Assembly: GCA_964016885.1 (NCBI GenBank) | Contig: OZ024740.1 | Location: forward strand, 400,272,001 to 400,336,000 | Reading direction: 5' to 3' | Source of the DNA: Eledone cirrhosa | Lineage: Eukaryota | Length of the DNA stretch: 64,000 bases | In this document: piece after piece, positions 45,790-63,090 of the stretch | How the letters are laid out: each line of letters begins with the position of its first letter | How positions within the stretch are numbered: the first letter of the stretch is position 1 | The notes under the pieces: model-generated | What the model saw: only the letters and a program-made list of their open reading frames with translations | What the model was told of the DNA's origin: nothing | Database searches by the model: none | Translations under genes and position numbers: made by a program

Positions 45790-45969
45790 GTACACACACA
45801 CACACACACATATATATGTATATGTTTATGTGTGTGAGTGTGAGTGTGTATGCAATATTTAATTATTGCAGGTTTACATAGAAATAGTTTTAAACTGAGA
45901 CACACGTGCATCTGTGTTTGATTCTGTTCATGCGTCTTTCTCTCTACATCTCTCTCTTTCTATATATAT

Positions 45970-46010
<41 letters not shown>

Positions 46011-46074
46011 CATACAACAACATTTTGTGAAGTTATAAATCCAGAAGAACATACATACTTATATATACATATAT

Positions 46075-46218
<144 letters not shown>

Positions 46219-46541
46219 GTGTGTCGCACACACAAAAATACAGACACATTTATAGATGTGCTCTGAAGTATTGTTTGTTTTCCTATCAATAGCAATTTAA
46301 TCTATTATTTTTATTCAAACTATCAGATTTGAATTGTTTGCTTTATTTCTCTATATATTTTGACACTAATACGTTTTTCTTATTCATTTTTTCCCTCAGT
46401 CGAGATACGTAATTGGTAGTGCTGTTGTTATTATTTGAGTTGTTGTTACCATTCCATTCTCTATTTATGCATTATCTTCATATTTATCGTCGCCAGGTAA
46501 ATATTCTGTTTCGACTCATTGTCTCACGGCGTTTCGTTTTT

Positions 46542-46790
46542 ATGTATGTATGTATGTATGTATGTATGTATGTATGTATGTATGTATGTATGTATGTATG
46601 TATGTATGTATGTATGTATGTATGTATGTATGTATGTATGTATGAATGTATGGATGTGTGTATGTATGTATGTATGTATGTATGTATGTTTGTATGTATG
46701 TAACTATGTATGTATGTATGAATGTATGTATGTGTCTATGTATGTATGTAAGGAAGTAAATTTAGCATGTATGTATTTATGTATGTATGT
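46542..46790. repeat. (TATG)n microsatellite
   Basis: Direct reading. Confidence 0.95.
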
Positions 46791-46848
46791 TAGTATTCAT
46801 GTATATAAGTATGTATGAATGCATGTAGGTATGTATATATATATATAT

Positions 46849-46939
<91 letters not shown>

Positions 46940-47031
46940 TAAATATGTATATATATATATATATAAATACATATATACATATATACATATATACATATAT
47001 GGATTTTAGTCTTCAAATTTATTATTATTAC

Positions 47032-47063
<32 letters not shown>

Positions 47064-47427
47064 CATACATATAAACATGTATATATATCTGGGTGTGTGT
47101 GTTTATTTGCCTCTATATGTGTGTCTTCGTCTGAGTGCATGTATTCAAGGCAATAAATATGAGTTTTAAGAGAAAAAATTATTCCACATAAAATGAAAGC
47201 AAAGAAATAAAGTACTTATAATATTAAACGCAAAACTAATAATAAACTTTGCAATATTAACAACAAAACAAGAAACATTATAACTACCACAAACATTACA
47301 CACACTGACACATATACAAATATACACACACACACACACATATATATATACATACATAACCTCCTGTATATATAAACATGTATACATATGTGCGTGTGTG
47401 TATATATATATATATAATACATAGACA

Positions 47428-47467
<40 letters not shown>

Positions 47468-48080
47468 ATACATCTATCTACATGTTATCTCTCTATCTCT
47501 CTCTCCCTCTATCCATATATATATATATATATATATACACTACCCACCATTTTCAACAACACCAAAAATAAAACATTATCAAGTACAATCAACATATTCT
47601 CACCGCAACTATATCGTTAATAATAATAATAAACAATAAACGATAAAAACACCTACAAAACAAACATTAACAACAAAAAACAACACACAGCACCACAAAT
47701 TTCAGAAAATGAACAACAAAGCTAGAAAAACAACAACAGCATTAACAACAACTGAAAAACACAAATAGAAATCAAACAGAAAACTCAAGAAGAAGAATGA
47801 TATTAAAAAGCAGAATTTCAATTCAAATAAATAGAAGAACAGTAATACAAATCCAAGAACAATTTTAGAAAACATAAGCGTAAAGAGAAACACACTTCTC
47901 TACGAAAAGAGGCAAGAAAAAAATGAAAGTTAATTCAGAATGAAGCCTGAAGGTAATATTACGCATACAAAGAAAATCTGACAATGAATTAACTTCATCT
48001 GAAACGTTGATCTTGGGTAATATAAAGAAAACAAAAATAAATATATATATGTACATATATATATAAATGTAGACATATAT

Positions 48081-48124
<44 letters not shown>

Positions 48125-48221
48125 GTATATATATCTATATATATATATGTATATATATGTGTATATATATATGTATATATACATATATATATATACATAT
48201 ATACATACATATATACATATA

Positions 48222-48262
<41 letters not shown>

Positions 48263-49011
48263 ATATATATACACATACATACATATATATATGTATTTCT
48301 ATATTGTGTGTATGTGTGTGTGTAGGTATAAGGTTGTATATATAACGCAAAATTGAGAAACAGTTTAAGTTTGAGAAAGAAAGGCCAGGTTAAATACAAT
48401 TAGAAAAAGAGACATAATAAAGAAAGGAGAGAACTTAGGATATAAAATCAAAGAATGAAGAACGACGGAAGAATCATGTAAAAAAATCAAAGATTGATAA
48501 CAATTATAAATAGGTTGATGCATTTTTAAAAACCTTTTACTCCAATGTTTTACATTTTTACTTTTATATTTTACAAATGAGGGATATTTTTGCTTATTGT
48601 TTTGTTTAAATACAGTTTATATTCATATCAATATAAAATTGTAGTATATGCTGCAATGAATGTACGCACACACGCACACATACACATACACACACACTCA
48701 CACACACACACACACACACATACAAAGACACACACAAATATACACACAAACACCCACATACCAATACACACATACACACATACACACATAGACTCACACA
48801 CATACACACACACATATATATATATATGTGTGTGTATGAACTAATGTATATATATATAAATATATATATGTGTGCATGTGTGTGTATATAGATATGATAG
48901 TTCTATATATACAAGACTAACACAGAGATAACGTGCAAAATCTTATTCGTTTCACTCTTGTTGAGAAAAGAGAAGGAATGTTTTAATGAACACACGAACG
49001 CACACGCACAT

Positions 49012-49042
<31 letters not shown>

Positions 49043-49044
49043 AT

Positions 49045-49121
<77 letters not shown>

Positions 49122-49252
49122 GACGTAAAATAAGAGAATTATGAAAATCAACTTACTTACTAAAAATTTCACACATATATATATACACACACACATATTT
49201 GCTAGCATAGGTATGCATCTGTATACATATGTTGGTAGATATACTAATTCTT

Positions 49253-49282
<30 letters not shown>

Positions 49283-49284
<2 letters not shown>

Positions 49285-49603
49285 AATGTGCGGAGCAAGC
49301 AATTATCAAACAATCTTTTAAATAAATTAAAAAACGATTTAAATATTCACCTGTTTTATTGCCGTTACCGACGGTTTCACTAATCAAAAGATTGGAAATC
49401 CAGAGAATTTTCAACGGAAAGAATTAGATCTTCAGACAGTTATTTCCATACTATAAGGGTATAAAACCTCACGGAAATTCTCTGGATTTCCAATCTTTTG
49501 ATTAGTGAAACCGTCGGTAACGGCAATAGAACAGGTGAATATTTAAATCGTTTTTTAATTTATTTAAAAGATTGTTTGATAATTGCTTGCTCCGCTCATT
49601 TTT
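49283..49603. mobile_element. Fold-back element with HHR at 49362-49439(-)
   Basis: CTGT-CTGAAGA-T-CTAAT..ATTAG-T-GAAA-CCGTCGG-TA-ACGG. The right arm 49475-49603 has the 3' half only. Confidence 0.78.
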
Positions 49604-49703
49604 ATAGTTCTGGTATCTCAAATTAGTACCATCAAACCACAACTAGTATAAACACCATGCATATTTCTGTAGGTACCTAGTGCTTGTTGGAATATCCATA
49701 GCC

Positions 49704-49737
<34 letters not shown>

Positions 49738-49819
49738 TATATACCTTAATTTATACCTCTTTATGAACCACGCTATGTTAATGCTATTACTAACATGTAC
49801 ACACACACATATATATATA

Positions 49820-50222
49820 GTAATAATTGTTTCTACGTTTGGCACAAGGCCAGAAATTACCCAGAGCATTACTGGTACTTTATTTTATCGACCCCGTAAG
49901 GATGAAAGGCAAAGTTAACCTCGGCGGGATTTGAACTCAGAATGGCAAGGGCCGTAACTCTATACGTCAAAGCATAGCGTCCGACCCTCTACCGATACTG
50001 CCAATCCACCGCCCTTATATATATAGTAATAATAATAATTGTTTCTACTTTAGGCACAAGGCCAGCAATTAATCCAGTACATTACTGGTACTTTATTTTA
50101 TCAACGCCGTAAGGATGAAAGGCAAAGTTAACCTCGGCGGGATTTGAACTCAGACTGTAAAGGGACGTAACTATGCTAAAAAGCATGGCGTCCAATCCTC
50201 TACCGATACTGCCAATTCACCA
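49820..50222 (-). mobile_element. Two tandem SINE family 1 copies
   Basis: Units at 49820-50015 and 50030-50222. Confidence 0.9.
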
Positions 50223-51057
50223 ATAATAATAATGATAATAGTAATGATGATAAATGTGAAGACTAATATCCGAAGAGGGCTCGATAAGGATTAAGGGGGA
50301 AATCAGCGATTCTTTGCTTAAACTTTATTGTGTTTTTTATATACATATATATCCTAAAAATACATTCATTTACACTCTTTTATGAACCATGCTATGTTAG
50401 TGCTATTACTAACACACACACACACACACATATATATATTTATATAGTCTGATATAACGAATTTTCACTTTAAATTGTTTTTATTGTATATCGCCCGTTA
50501 CATATTACGGATTATTGCCTCGAGACCTAAATCGATCTGCTCCTGAAACGTGTAACTCAAATCCTTTACATCTCTCTCTATGTATATATGTATCTGTGTG
50601 TGTGTATATGTGTGTGTGTGTATATGTGTGTGTGTGTATATGTGTGTGTACATACATTGGCATGTGTAAAATTATATATACATTCCTGGGTCAATTCCCT
50701 CTTAGGTCAACTTTCACTTTCATTATTTCCGGATCAGTAAAATATATTACCAATTCAATGTGCTGGAGGGTGGAAACGTTTGTTGGATAAGATGCTTACC
50801 GCTCTTATTTTTTATAGCAGTTTGCGTTTTCTTTTCAAACCCTCGCTGTACTTTTCCTAAGCATAAATTTAATCCGTCGTCTGGTTTAACGCCACCATCT
50901 AGATTTTGGATGCCTTTAGCTGGGTTCCTCTGTCGCAAGGATTACAGACAGGTATCTCTTATAGGACACTCGCTTTTTTCATTTCCATCAGTCTCATTTC
51001 TGAGAAGCGTTATGGAAGCTTTCTTTCCATTCATGACTAAAGAGAATTTTATATCAG

Positions 51058-51163
51058 ACGAGGTTAACTTTGCCGTTCATCCTTACGGGGTCGATAAAAT
51101 AAAGTACCAGTAATACACTGGGATAATTGCTGGCCTTGTGCCAAAAGTAGAAACAATTATTAT
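51058..51163 (+). mobile_element. SINE family 1, 5'-truncated
   Basis: Central domain and tail. Confidence 0.85.
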
Positions 51164-51624
51164 TTTATGGCCACAGAAGTATGAATATGAACAGCCATTC
51201 ATTCATATGCACTACTGAAAGGATCTGTATATCTGTAGAGCTAAAGTTAAACTCCAACCAATCTGAATTCAAAAGCTACGTTCAATTCCAGTTCGAAACC
51301 CTTTCACATCAATTTCGCTCCAATAGTCACGCAAATGTTCATTCACCCAAATCTCGCTATTAAAATTGTGACAGTTAATCATTTTAAGAATTATAGATAC
51401 ATATTATTAGTACAGGTTAACAATTTAAGCAATGAATTTCTATTTTCATTCTAATGGTGAAAGCAGAAACTCATTATACTTCTCTACGGGTTTCTATATA
51501 TTTATATATAAAGAAACCTTATCCAATCATCTTTGGATCTTGGTCTTGTTATTTATCTTTACTATTATTAGTATATATATATACTCACACACACATATGC
51601 ATATATATTTATATATAATTATAT

Positions 51625-52020
51625 CACCTTGACCGACCAGTCTGTGGGGCGCCATTCGGCGCCGCTGGTCACAGTGCGTGCTGTTTTAGCCATACGATGA
51701 CGCCATCCCAGTGGCTGGGCGGGCAGGCCGTCCTGTCTAAAGTCTGTCTTAAGCCAGAAGGCTCATTTGGCCGGTGCTTATCCCGGTTTCAAAGCGTGAA
51801 GCGACTGAGAGTACAAGACTCCCGCCTGGACAGGACGCCAGTCCATCGCAGGGTTAAACCTCCAGCTATTGCTGGTACTCGTTTTCAGCTGAGTAAACTG
51901 GAGCAACGTGAAATAAAATGTCTTGCTCAAGGTAATAACACATCACCCGGTCCGAGAATTGAACTCACAACCTTTCGATTGCAAGCCTACTGCTCTAACC
52001 ACTAAGCCATGCGCCTTCAC
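51625..52020 (-). mobile_element. CORE-like tRNA SINE with an alternative 3' module
   Basis: Head TGGCTTAGTGG / GAGTTCAATTCTC and CTTGAGCAAGACATTTTATTTCAC, then CGATGGACTGGCGTCCTGTCCAGG. Confidence 0.75.
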
Positions 52021-52272
52021 ATGCATATATGCATGTATATATATATATAGAGAGAGAGAGCCCATATATATATATATATGTTAGACTATATATATGTGTT
52101 TGTGTCTATATTATATCTGTATTTTTGACCGTTGGTCAGTCAATGGTAAACATTGAGGACCGAATAAATTAACTGATATAAAAGATACAGACGCGAAAAC
52201 CAAGCAAACAGTGAGTGTGTTCTGTTATTAATTCTGGCAATATTATACAACAATATGACCCTCGCCAAGTAT

Positions 52273-52412
<140 letters not shown>

Positions 52413-52456
52413 ATATATATGTATATATATATGTATATATATATATATATATATAT

Positions 52457-52738
52457 AACTAGAAATTGATTAACATATAAATAAACATGAATAATCACAG
52501 GAGATAATTTTTACAAGTGTGTAAGAACACATAGCTAGGTAGTTAACTAAATAAAGTTAACCAGAACTTCAAAAATAGATACCTTATAATATGATTAATC
52601 ATATTATAAGGTATCTATTTTTGAAGTTCTAGTTAACTTTATTTAGTTACCTACCTAGCTATGTGTGCTTACACACTTGTAAAAATTATCTCCTGTGATT
52701 ATTCATGTTTATTTATATGTTAATCAATTTCTAGTTAT
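52457..52738. repeat. Spacer-less ~280-bp palindrome centred at 52596/52597
   Basis: ...ATAATATGATT|AATCATATTAT... with few mismatches. No canonical HHR core seen. Confidence 0.9.
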
Positions 52739-52843
52739 TATAAAATGCTCGGACCTATTCGTTAGAATCTTAGACCTTATTTTGCGGGTGATATGGCGCA
52801 TGTCTTTCTGGCATGACGCCCATAATTTTGATTATCTTAATTT

Positions 52844-52946
<103 letters not shown>

Positions 52947-53102
52947 GTATATATGTATATATATATATTTATATATATATATGTATATATATATATGTAT
53001 ATATATATACATATATGTAGGAGGTGAGTTTTATTGTAGTACAATAAAGCAATGCAGATATCGGATAAGAAGCACTCTACAGTTTGTAGGACTGGAGTAT
53101 AC

Positions 53103-53435
53103 ATAATATATAAGAAGAAAAGATGGTTAAAAGAGTTCCATGTATTTTATTATGCGCATTTCAAAAACAAATATCATCATGCAATAATATTTGTTTTCAT
53201 CAGATAAAACAGGAAGACATGATATGAAGGTTAAAAAACACTTGTGGATAGTTCAGTTTTAAAACTGTTGATTTAAAACTGAACTATCCACATGTGTTTT
53301 TTAACCTTCATATCATGTCTTCCTGTTTTATCTGATGAAAACAATTATTATTGCATGATGATATTTGTTTTTGAAATGCGCATAATAAAATACATGGAAC
53401 TCTTTTAACCATCTTTTGTTCTTATATATTATATA
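53103..53435. mobile_element. Near-perfect fold-back with HHRs at 53143-53211(-) and 53324-53392(+)
   Basis: TGTTTTAT-CTGATGA-AAACAA..TTGTTTTT-GAAA-TGCGCA-TA-ATAAAATA. Confidence 0.88.
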
Positions 53436-53513
53436 CATATATATATATATATGTATATATATGTATATATATATATATATAGCAAACATCACGGACGCTC
53501 TATCTCAAAATTA

Positions 53514-53549
53514 TTTTTGAAAAGCATTAGAAATGCGCAACCGGTAAAA
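53514..53549 (+). ncRNA. Variant minimal hammerhead (U3-A8, GCAA) in PLE 3'-end remnant 53481-53663
   Basis: TTT-TTGAAAA-GCATT(AGA)AATGC-GCAA-CCGG-TA-AAA. Same motif at 62015-62052(-). Confidence 0.6.
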
Positions 53550-53745
53550 CTTAAAACCAAAACTTAATACTAACCAATACTATTACTAATTATCACTTAT
53601 TCCTAATTAAACTATTTTTCACTGTGAACAATTTGTCAGCATTTTCTATTCCGTTTCCCAATATATATATATATATACATATATTTATACATATATATAT
53701 ATACATGTATTTATATATATATATATATATACATATATATACATT

Positions 53746-53776
<31 letters not shown>

Positions 53777-53919
53777 TTATTCAGGTTTGAAGTTCACCAC
53801 TGGATAGAGCTGGTCAATTCCGCATGGTCAATCTTAATGTAATAATATGGAGAGTACTCAACGTAAAGCAGTTCAACCGTCTTTGTTTTTGTAGTTGGTG
53901 GTGCTAGTACGGAGTTAAA

Positions 53920-54552
53920 TATTATAAGGAAATTACAGGAGGCTGGACTTGTGTAAATCCTTGAAAGGTTTATTATACTATGATTATTTCAATGACCGGG
54001 TTCCATATGAATCCGGTGATATCATCAGGTATTCGAAATATAAAAAAATGAATGTAATAGATAAAATCCATGGGGCTGAAAATCAAAGACCGGATTTTCT
54101 TTTCGCGACATCCCTGGCCTGACTGTAGTTTGACATTAATACCGACCTTTCTTCATCTTTCTTTCTGTCTTTCTTCTTGTAGCTGGATACTAACCCTGGC
54201 TTTTCTTTTTCTTCCTTTTCTTCGTTCCCCCTTCTTTTTTCTCGTGGCATGATATTAACGCTGACTTATCTTCCTCTCCCCTTCTGTTTTCCTCTATTTG
54301 ACCGGTTGTAGCACACTATAAGCTTTAGCCACCTCACTCAAGGGCGACCGGCAAAGGTGGAAGATGGTGGATGGCGCTTGTCCTCTGGTCTTTGATTTTC
54401 AGCCCCATGGATTTTATCTATTACATTAATTTATTATATTTCGAATACCTGATGATATCACCGTAACCATACGGAACCTGGTCATTGAAATGATCATAGT
54501 ATAATAAACCTTTCAAGGATTTACACAAGTCCAGCCTCCCGTCATTTCATTA

Positions 54553-54557
<5 letters not shown>
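53920..54557. mobile_element. Fold-back element with HHRs at 53975-54032(-) and 54445-54502(+)
   Basis: ATAC-CTGATGA-T..ACCGG..CCGGT..T-GAAA-T(A/G)ATCA-TA-GTAT. Arms ~170 bp. Confidence 0.82.
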
Positions 54558-54627
<70 letters not shown>

Positions 54628-54818
54628 ATACTTGGGGAGGGTCATATTGTTGTAATAATATTGCCAGAATTAATAACAGAACACACTCACTGTTTGCTTG
54701 ATTTTCGCTTCTGTATCTTTTATATCAGTTAATTTATTCGGTCCTCAATGTTTACCATTGACTAACCAACGGTCAAAAATACAGATATAATATAGACACA
54801 AACACATATATATAGTCT

Positions 54819-54859
<41 letters not shown>

Positions 54860-55010
54860 GCTCTAACATATATATATATATATGAGATTTGAACTCAAAT
54901 TATAAGGCCTTTAGCTATACGCTCAATAATTTAATTCTACCCTTGTGTGTCTATGCGCCAATATTTATGAATATATTTTTGTTTGTGTATGTAACTATAT
55001 ATTATGTCTA

Positions 55011-55102
<92 letters not shown>

Positions 55103-55766
55103 TATATTTGAATGTATTTATATAAATATGTATTTGCGTGTGTACCTGCGTATATGCAGGCATACTTTGTAGATAAGTGTCTCAGTAAGTAAAATGATAG
55201 GTTATGAATTGAAATAAAATAAAGATATAAAATATAAGGGAAGCTTCAAGCCCATAAAATGCCACAAAATATTCCCATGATAGCTTTATTAACATAAAAT
55301 CTGATCTCAACAATCTCAAGGAGCAATGAATACCTTCATAATATGATATTCCAGATACTGTATTAAATGAACTCATCTATGGTCTTTTTGGAAGTCAGTC
55401 GAAAAGTTTCTCAAGCTGTTTTATACTTATAAGTATTTAGTTAATAAATACTGCGCCGTTAAGTGTCTCATTAGAAGACATTGAAATCGCTAACCGCTTG
55501 GTAATCGTGTCCAAAGAAATCTCATATTATATGTATTATGCATGTATGTATGTATGAATGTATGTATGTTTGTATATATGTATGCATGAATGTATGTATG
55601 TGTGTATGTATGTATGTATGTATGTATGTATGTATGTATGTATGTATGTATGTATGATGCATGCATGCATGTATGTATGCATGAATGTATGTACGTATGC
55701 ATGTATGAATTTATGTGTAATCAATCTGATTTTCGTCTGTATGTCGGCGTAATTCTTCTTCTTCTT

Positions 55767-55797
<31 letters not shown>

Positions 55798-57305
55798 GCA
55801 AATTGTATTAACAGTAGAGAAGACTTCTCATCCTACATTTGCTATTTACAATTGACGTCATCTAGTGTAATAATAGAAGACTTCAGGTGGTCGGGTATTC
55901 AGACATATCTCATTGGTGTTAAATGAAGGAGTAAATACCTTCGTATGAAGGGGGCCCAGCATCTGATTGCTGACTAACGAAGAAGTAAATATCTGACTTG
56001 ATTCAAGTGAAGGGATAAATATCTGATTGGTATCTAATGATACCTAACCACTTATATTTATATTTCTTATTTTTAAACGTCGAGGAATACCATATCATCA
56101 TCATAGATTTTCAGCCGTGACTTCATGATATCTAGTCACAGGTAATTTCACGTCTCTATCTGAAGCCTAAGCAATTACCTCCATTTGGTTATGTTTATCA
56201 GAGGTTCGAATGCTGCAAGGCACACTCTACACTGGATATCCCTTTGTGACGGTTTATAAGTTTATACATCTATACATTTTACTGGGAAGATCTATTGTTT
56301 AATGTATTTGTAGTCTGATTCTTTCAAAAATAGAATTAAAACCGTTTTAATTGTATCAACCTCATTTTGAAAGACAGGTAAAAGGTTCATATATTTTAGA
56401 TGAATAATTTTTGTCTATGAAGGCTGTGTCTTTGCATTTGCTTGTATTATAATTCTGGTGTTTAGTTGTTTTACTAAACACTATAAGGTCTTACACGATG
56501 TCTGCTGCGAGATTACCTGATCACTATTTCATTAAAGTGAACAAATATGATAATGAGGGGAATCTCCATTTCATTTATGTGAGTTGTTTGAATATCTATC
56601 GAAGGCAAATCTTCTCAATATTCAAATTCAGTTATTTGTATCTAGATGTTTAGTAAACTTGTGTATTTCTGATTCGGTATATCCTGTACACAAATCTTAT
56701 GGATATATAAGTGACATAAATAACCATACTTCCTCAACGGGAGCAGGACAATCAATAACCTATCAATTCTATCTCGACCTGCTATATATATATTGACGGC
56801 AAGTCTCCATCAATTCACAGCATATTCTTAGATATTCTACATCTGAAAAACAAAAACAAACGCAATAGTCTGAATAAAGATGACCTGTGGTTAAACGTTA
56901 ACAATAACAGTAACAATAGGTTATCCATGCCAATATACATAAACGAACCATGAAGTATTTAGCTAATGAAAAGACAACGAAAATATTTCATTAGAATGGT
57001 GAAAGTAAGTACGTAAGAATGTAATTTGCATGCATCACATGCTATTACTAGAATAACAATACAAGGATTGCCCAATATAGGTTTGTTATTTTTATTGATT
57101 TATTATTTTAAATCGAAACAGGCGAACCATATTGTTTTAAATTAGTATTTTTCAACCGAGATAACTTGGTCATTTGCAATCCGAACACATGTATACTTGT
57201 ATCGGTGTTCATCCCTCTCATATATTAAATTGTATTACACGGCTCGGAAAGATTCCCTTCCTTGAGCTATTTAATTGTAAAAGACTATTTTCAGTTTCTA
57301 ACTCA

Positions 57306-57383
<78 letters not shown>

Positions 57384-57525
57384 CGTATGCATGTATGTAT
57401 GTATGTATAATCCGAGACCCCCAGTAGACAACTGATGAGGAACCCCCCCCCCCCCCGTTCTTGGTTTCTTCCTATTCCCACTCTATTTTAAGCTACCTTA
57501 AATAGCAACTACACAACCATTTCTA

Positions 57526-57591
<66 letters not shown>

Positions 57592-57606
57592 ACCCCCCCC
57601 CCCCCC

Positions 57607-57654
<48 letters not shown>

Positions 57655-57713
57655 CGGAAGAGTGAAGAATAACTTGGTCGCTACACAAAAGTGGTTTATA
57701 TATATATATATAT

Positions 57714-58313
57714 GGTGGCTGCCAACTCGTTTTCTAGTACGGCCACTACTTTATATCCATGTAGGAGAACCCCTACCGATGCGCTGAACGAGTGTGACTT
57801 TTTAGTCCAGCCAGCGACTTGAAAACTCTGGTACAAACACTACACTTGTGACAATTATTGACACATAGTGCTGGGCCCATGGTACCATGTGACGACAAGG
57901 GCAAAGAGATCTCCAGATATAAAGCAATGCCTGTGCCGTGAAGCTTTTATAGTGAGCAAAGACACTGCACAAAGCCAGTCCCACTCTCTTAACCAAGATG
58001 ATATTTACCAAAAAGAAGAACAAGTTAACATCATTGGATACCATCATGGTTGCAGGTGTTATATCAGAGTTTTCCTTCTCCTAGAATTCTACCTTGACAA
58101 AGGCTAAGGGGTCATCTCTCCCGGTGATTTTGGATGGCCATTGACTCTTAAGAGCTCCTTTGCCCTTTGACAGGTTTTGTTTTTAGTCCTGCAGGATGTC
58201 CAAAGTCACCCTCCTCACCAAGAAACCTTGGTGGGGTTGCCAGTTTAGCCGCCAACAACCCGACTATGAGACAGGTTGTACATGTTACCAGTAGCACCAA
58301 CTGGTGACCTGAC
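57714..58313 (-). mobile_element. 600-bp element, copy 3, in (TA)n
   Basis: Full reverse match to 901-1508. Confidence 0.9.
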
Positions 58314-58318
58314 ATATG

Positions 58319-58738
<420 letters not shown>

Positions 58739-58743
58739 TATAC

Positions 58744-58774
<31 letters not shown>

Positions 58775-58788
58775 CATATGTATATTTA

Positions 58789-58874
<86 letters not shown>

Positions 58875-58904
58875 CTTATACATACATACATGTATATATA
58901 AACG

Positions 58905-59019
<115 letters not shown>

Positions 59020-59402
59020 AATAGAAATGATTTCCCTAAAATGTAAGGATTAGAAGAGATAACTTGGTTTCACAGCAATCTATTATTGCCGAAAGCTGGA
59101 ATAATTTGCACATGCGCAATTTAATTGTAATGAAGTTTGTTACAACGGAACGGATGCGATAAGGGTATGAAGACACAGTAATCCATTCAACAAAAGTTAA
59201 TTAGCCATCCATTGAATTACTGTTTCATTTAAAGTTGTTCCCATTGATGGTTGCATATTCTCTTCTACCACAATTATCATTTGTTTTTCTTTTGCTTTCT
59301 GTCTATGCTGAGTGCCGGCTCTGTTTTTCTTCTGTACACCACCCATACAACCACACGCATGTATATATTTATATATATATATATATATATAAATATATAT
59401 TT

Positions 59403-59811
<409 letters not shown>

Positions 59812-59915
59812 ATGAATTATATGGTTTGTTGATTATTATATAACTCACTGCCGATGGCGAACTTATACCAGTAAGTTTGTGCTAAGGTATGTCAATATCT
59901 TAACACCAAATATTA

Positions 59916-59975
59916 TATTTTATCTGATGAAAGCACACTAACATTTTGTTTTCTTGAAATACGTATAATAAAATA
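59916..59975 (+). ncRNA. Type I hammerhead
   Basis: TATTTTAT-CTGATGA-AAG..CTT-GAAA-TACGTA-TA-ATAAAATA. Confidence 0.75.
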
Positions 59976-60013
59976 CATATGGTATTATAAAGATATTTTC
60001 CATTTATCAATAC

Positions 60014-61695
<1,682 letters not shown>

Positions 61696-61696
61696 T

Positions 61697-61821
61697 AATA
61701 ATAAATTTGAAGACTAAAATCCAAAGATTTACTTCTGCGTTCACAGATTGATTTTTTTAGTTTCAGAAGATTCCGTTAAGGGTGAAAGCATCGATTCTTT
61801 GCTTAAACTTTAATGTGTTAT

Positions 61822-61825
<4 letters not shown>
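61697..61825 (+). mobile_element. Family D remnant with HHR at 61760-61808
   Basis: Inverted 3' tip (TTTGAAGACTAAAATCCAAAG) joined to the forward CAGAAGA HHR. Confidence 0.72.
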
Positions 61826-61852
<27 letters not shown>

Positions 61853-61854
61853 TA

Positions 61855-62408
61855 GTTAAAAGAATAGAGGTGTAACACACAAGTTATTATATATTGGTAA
61901 ACGGAATAGAAAATGCTGACAAATTGTTCACAGTTGAAAAATGGTTTAATTAGGAATAAAAGAGTATTAGTGATTGTATGGGTTAGTATTCTGTTGTGGT
62001 TTTAAGTTTTTAAGTTTTTACCGGTTGCGCATTTCTAAATGCTTTTCAAAAATAATTTTGAGATAGAGTGTCCGTGCTGTTTGCTCTGATCTGATTAGTT
62101 TTGGGAATTCTACCTGTTTTTATGTTAAAAAAGTGGCTCCAGCGTTATTTTTGTGTTGCAAAAATGCTTGTGGTCAAAACAATTTTGATTGGTCGGTAGA
62201 GGTCATGTGGATAAAAAATTGGTTTTGCGCCAAAATTGAGAAATGACTCTTTCACAACAAATATGTGTGTGTGTGTGTGTGTATGTGTGTGTGTGTTGGT
62301 GTGTGCATATGTGTGTGTGTGTGTGTGTGTGTGCAGTAGTAGTAGTAGTAAGGTGTTCGATGCTGCGACAATGGCCAGCAGCGATGTGTGTCAAATGGCT
62401 ATTAAGAT

Positions 62409-62451
<43 letters not shown>

Positions 62452-62504
62452 GCAGTCATTCGAAGGTCAAAAGATATTTTTCAGCTTTTGTCTTATACGG
62501 AGAA

Positions 62505-62541
<37 letters not shown>

Positions 62542-62583
62542 AGTCTCTTTGTATGTTGATGTACGCGTGTGTATGTGTTTGTG

Positions 62584-62636
<53 letters not shown>

Positions 62637-62758
62637 ACCAGTATTTTTTTCCCCCTGGTAAAATGGTGTACATTATTCGATTTTTTCAGTAAAATCGGTT
62701 CTCTTAATAGAACATCAAAAATCTTAACAACAAAAGGTGTGAAATGATATTCACTATA

Positions 62759-62789
<31 letters not shown>

Positions 62790-63090
62790 TCACTACATAT
62801 ATATATATATATACATATATACATACATATATATGCACATATCTTTTTTTGTATTGCACCATAGAGCATGTGTGTTTACGTGTGTCATTGTGTTTATATG
62901 TGGGTAGAGATGTGTGCTGATGTAGGTATGTATGTTGACGTGTGTATGTTGTGGGTTCGTCTTAGGGAGAAGTGTTTAGACGGGGTCCGTATTTGTTAAT
63001 GAAGTAAGATTCCTTGCTGATGCGCTGGGTGTGGGTGGCATTATCTTTAAATTTGTAGAGGGGAAAGATTCTGAAGTTGGGATTTCCACA
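61855..63090 (-). mobile_element. Inverted 3' end (pseudo-LTR) of a Penelope-like element
   Basis: 63090-62962(-) reads CGNPNFRIFPLYKFKDNATHTQRISKESYFINKYGPRLNTSP* (GIY-YIG C-terminus), followed by a presumed 3' UTR, the HHR variant at 62015-62052, then (TA)n. Confidence 0.7.

Noticed and set aside
55810-56900. Possible decayed LINE RT on the minus strand
   Set aside because: Too degenerate to support without a translated search.
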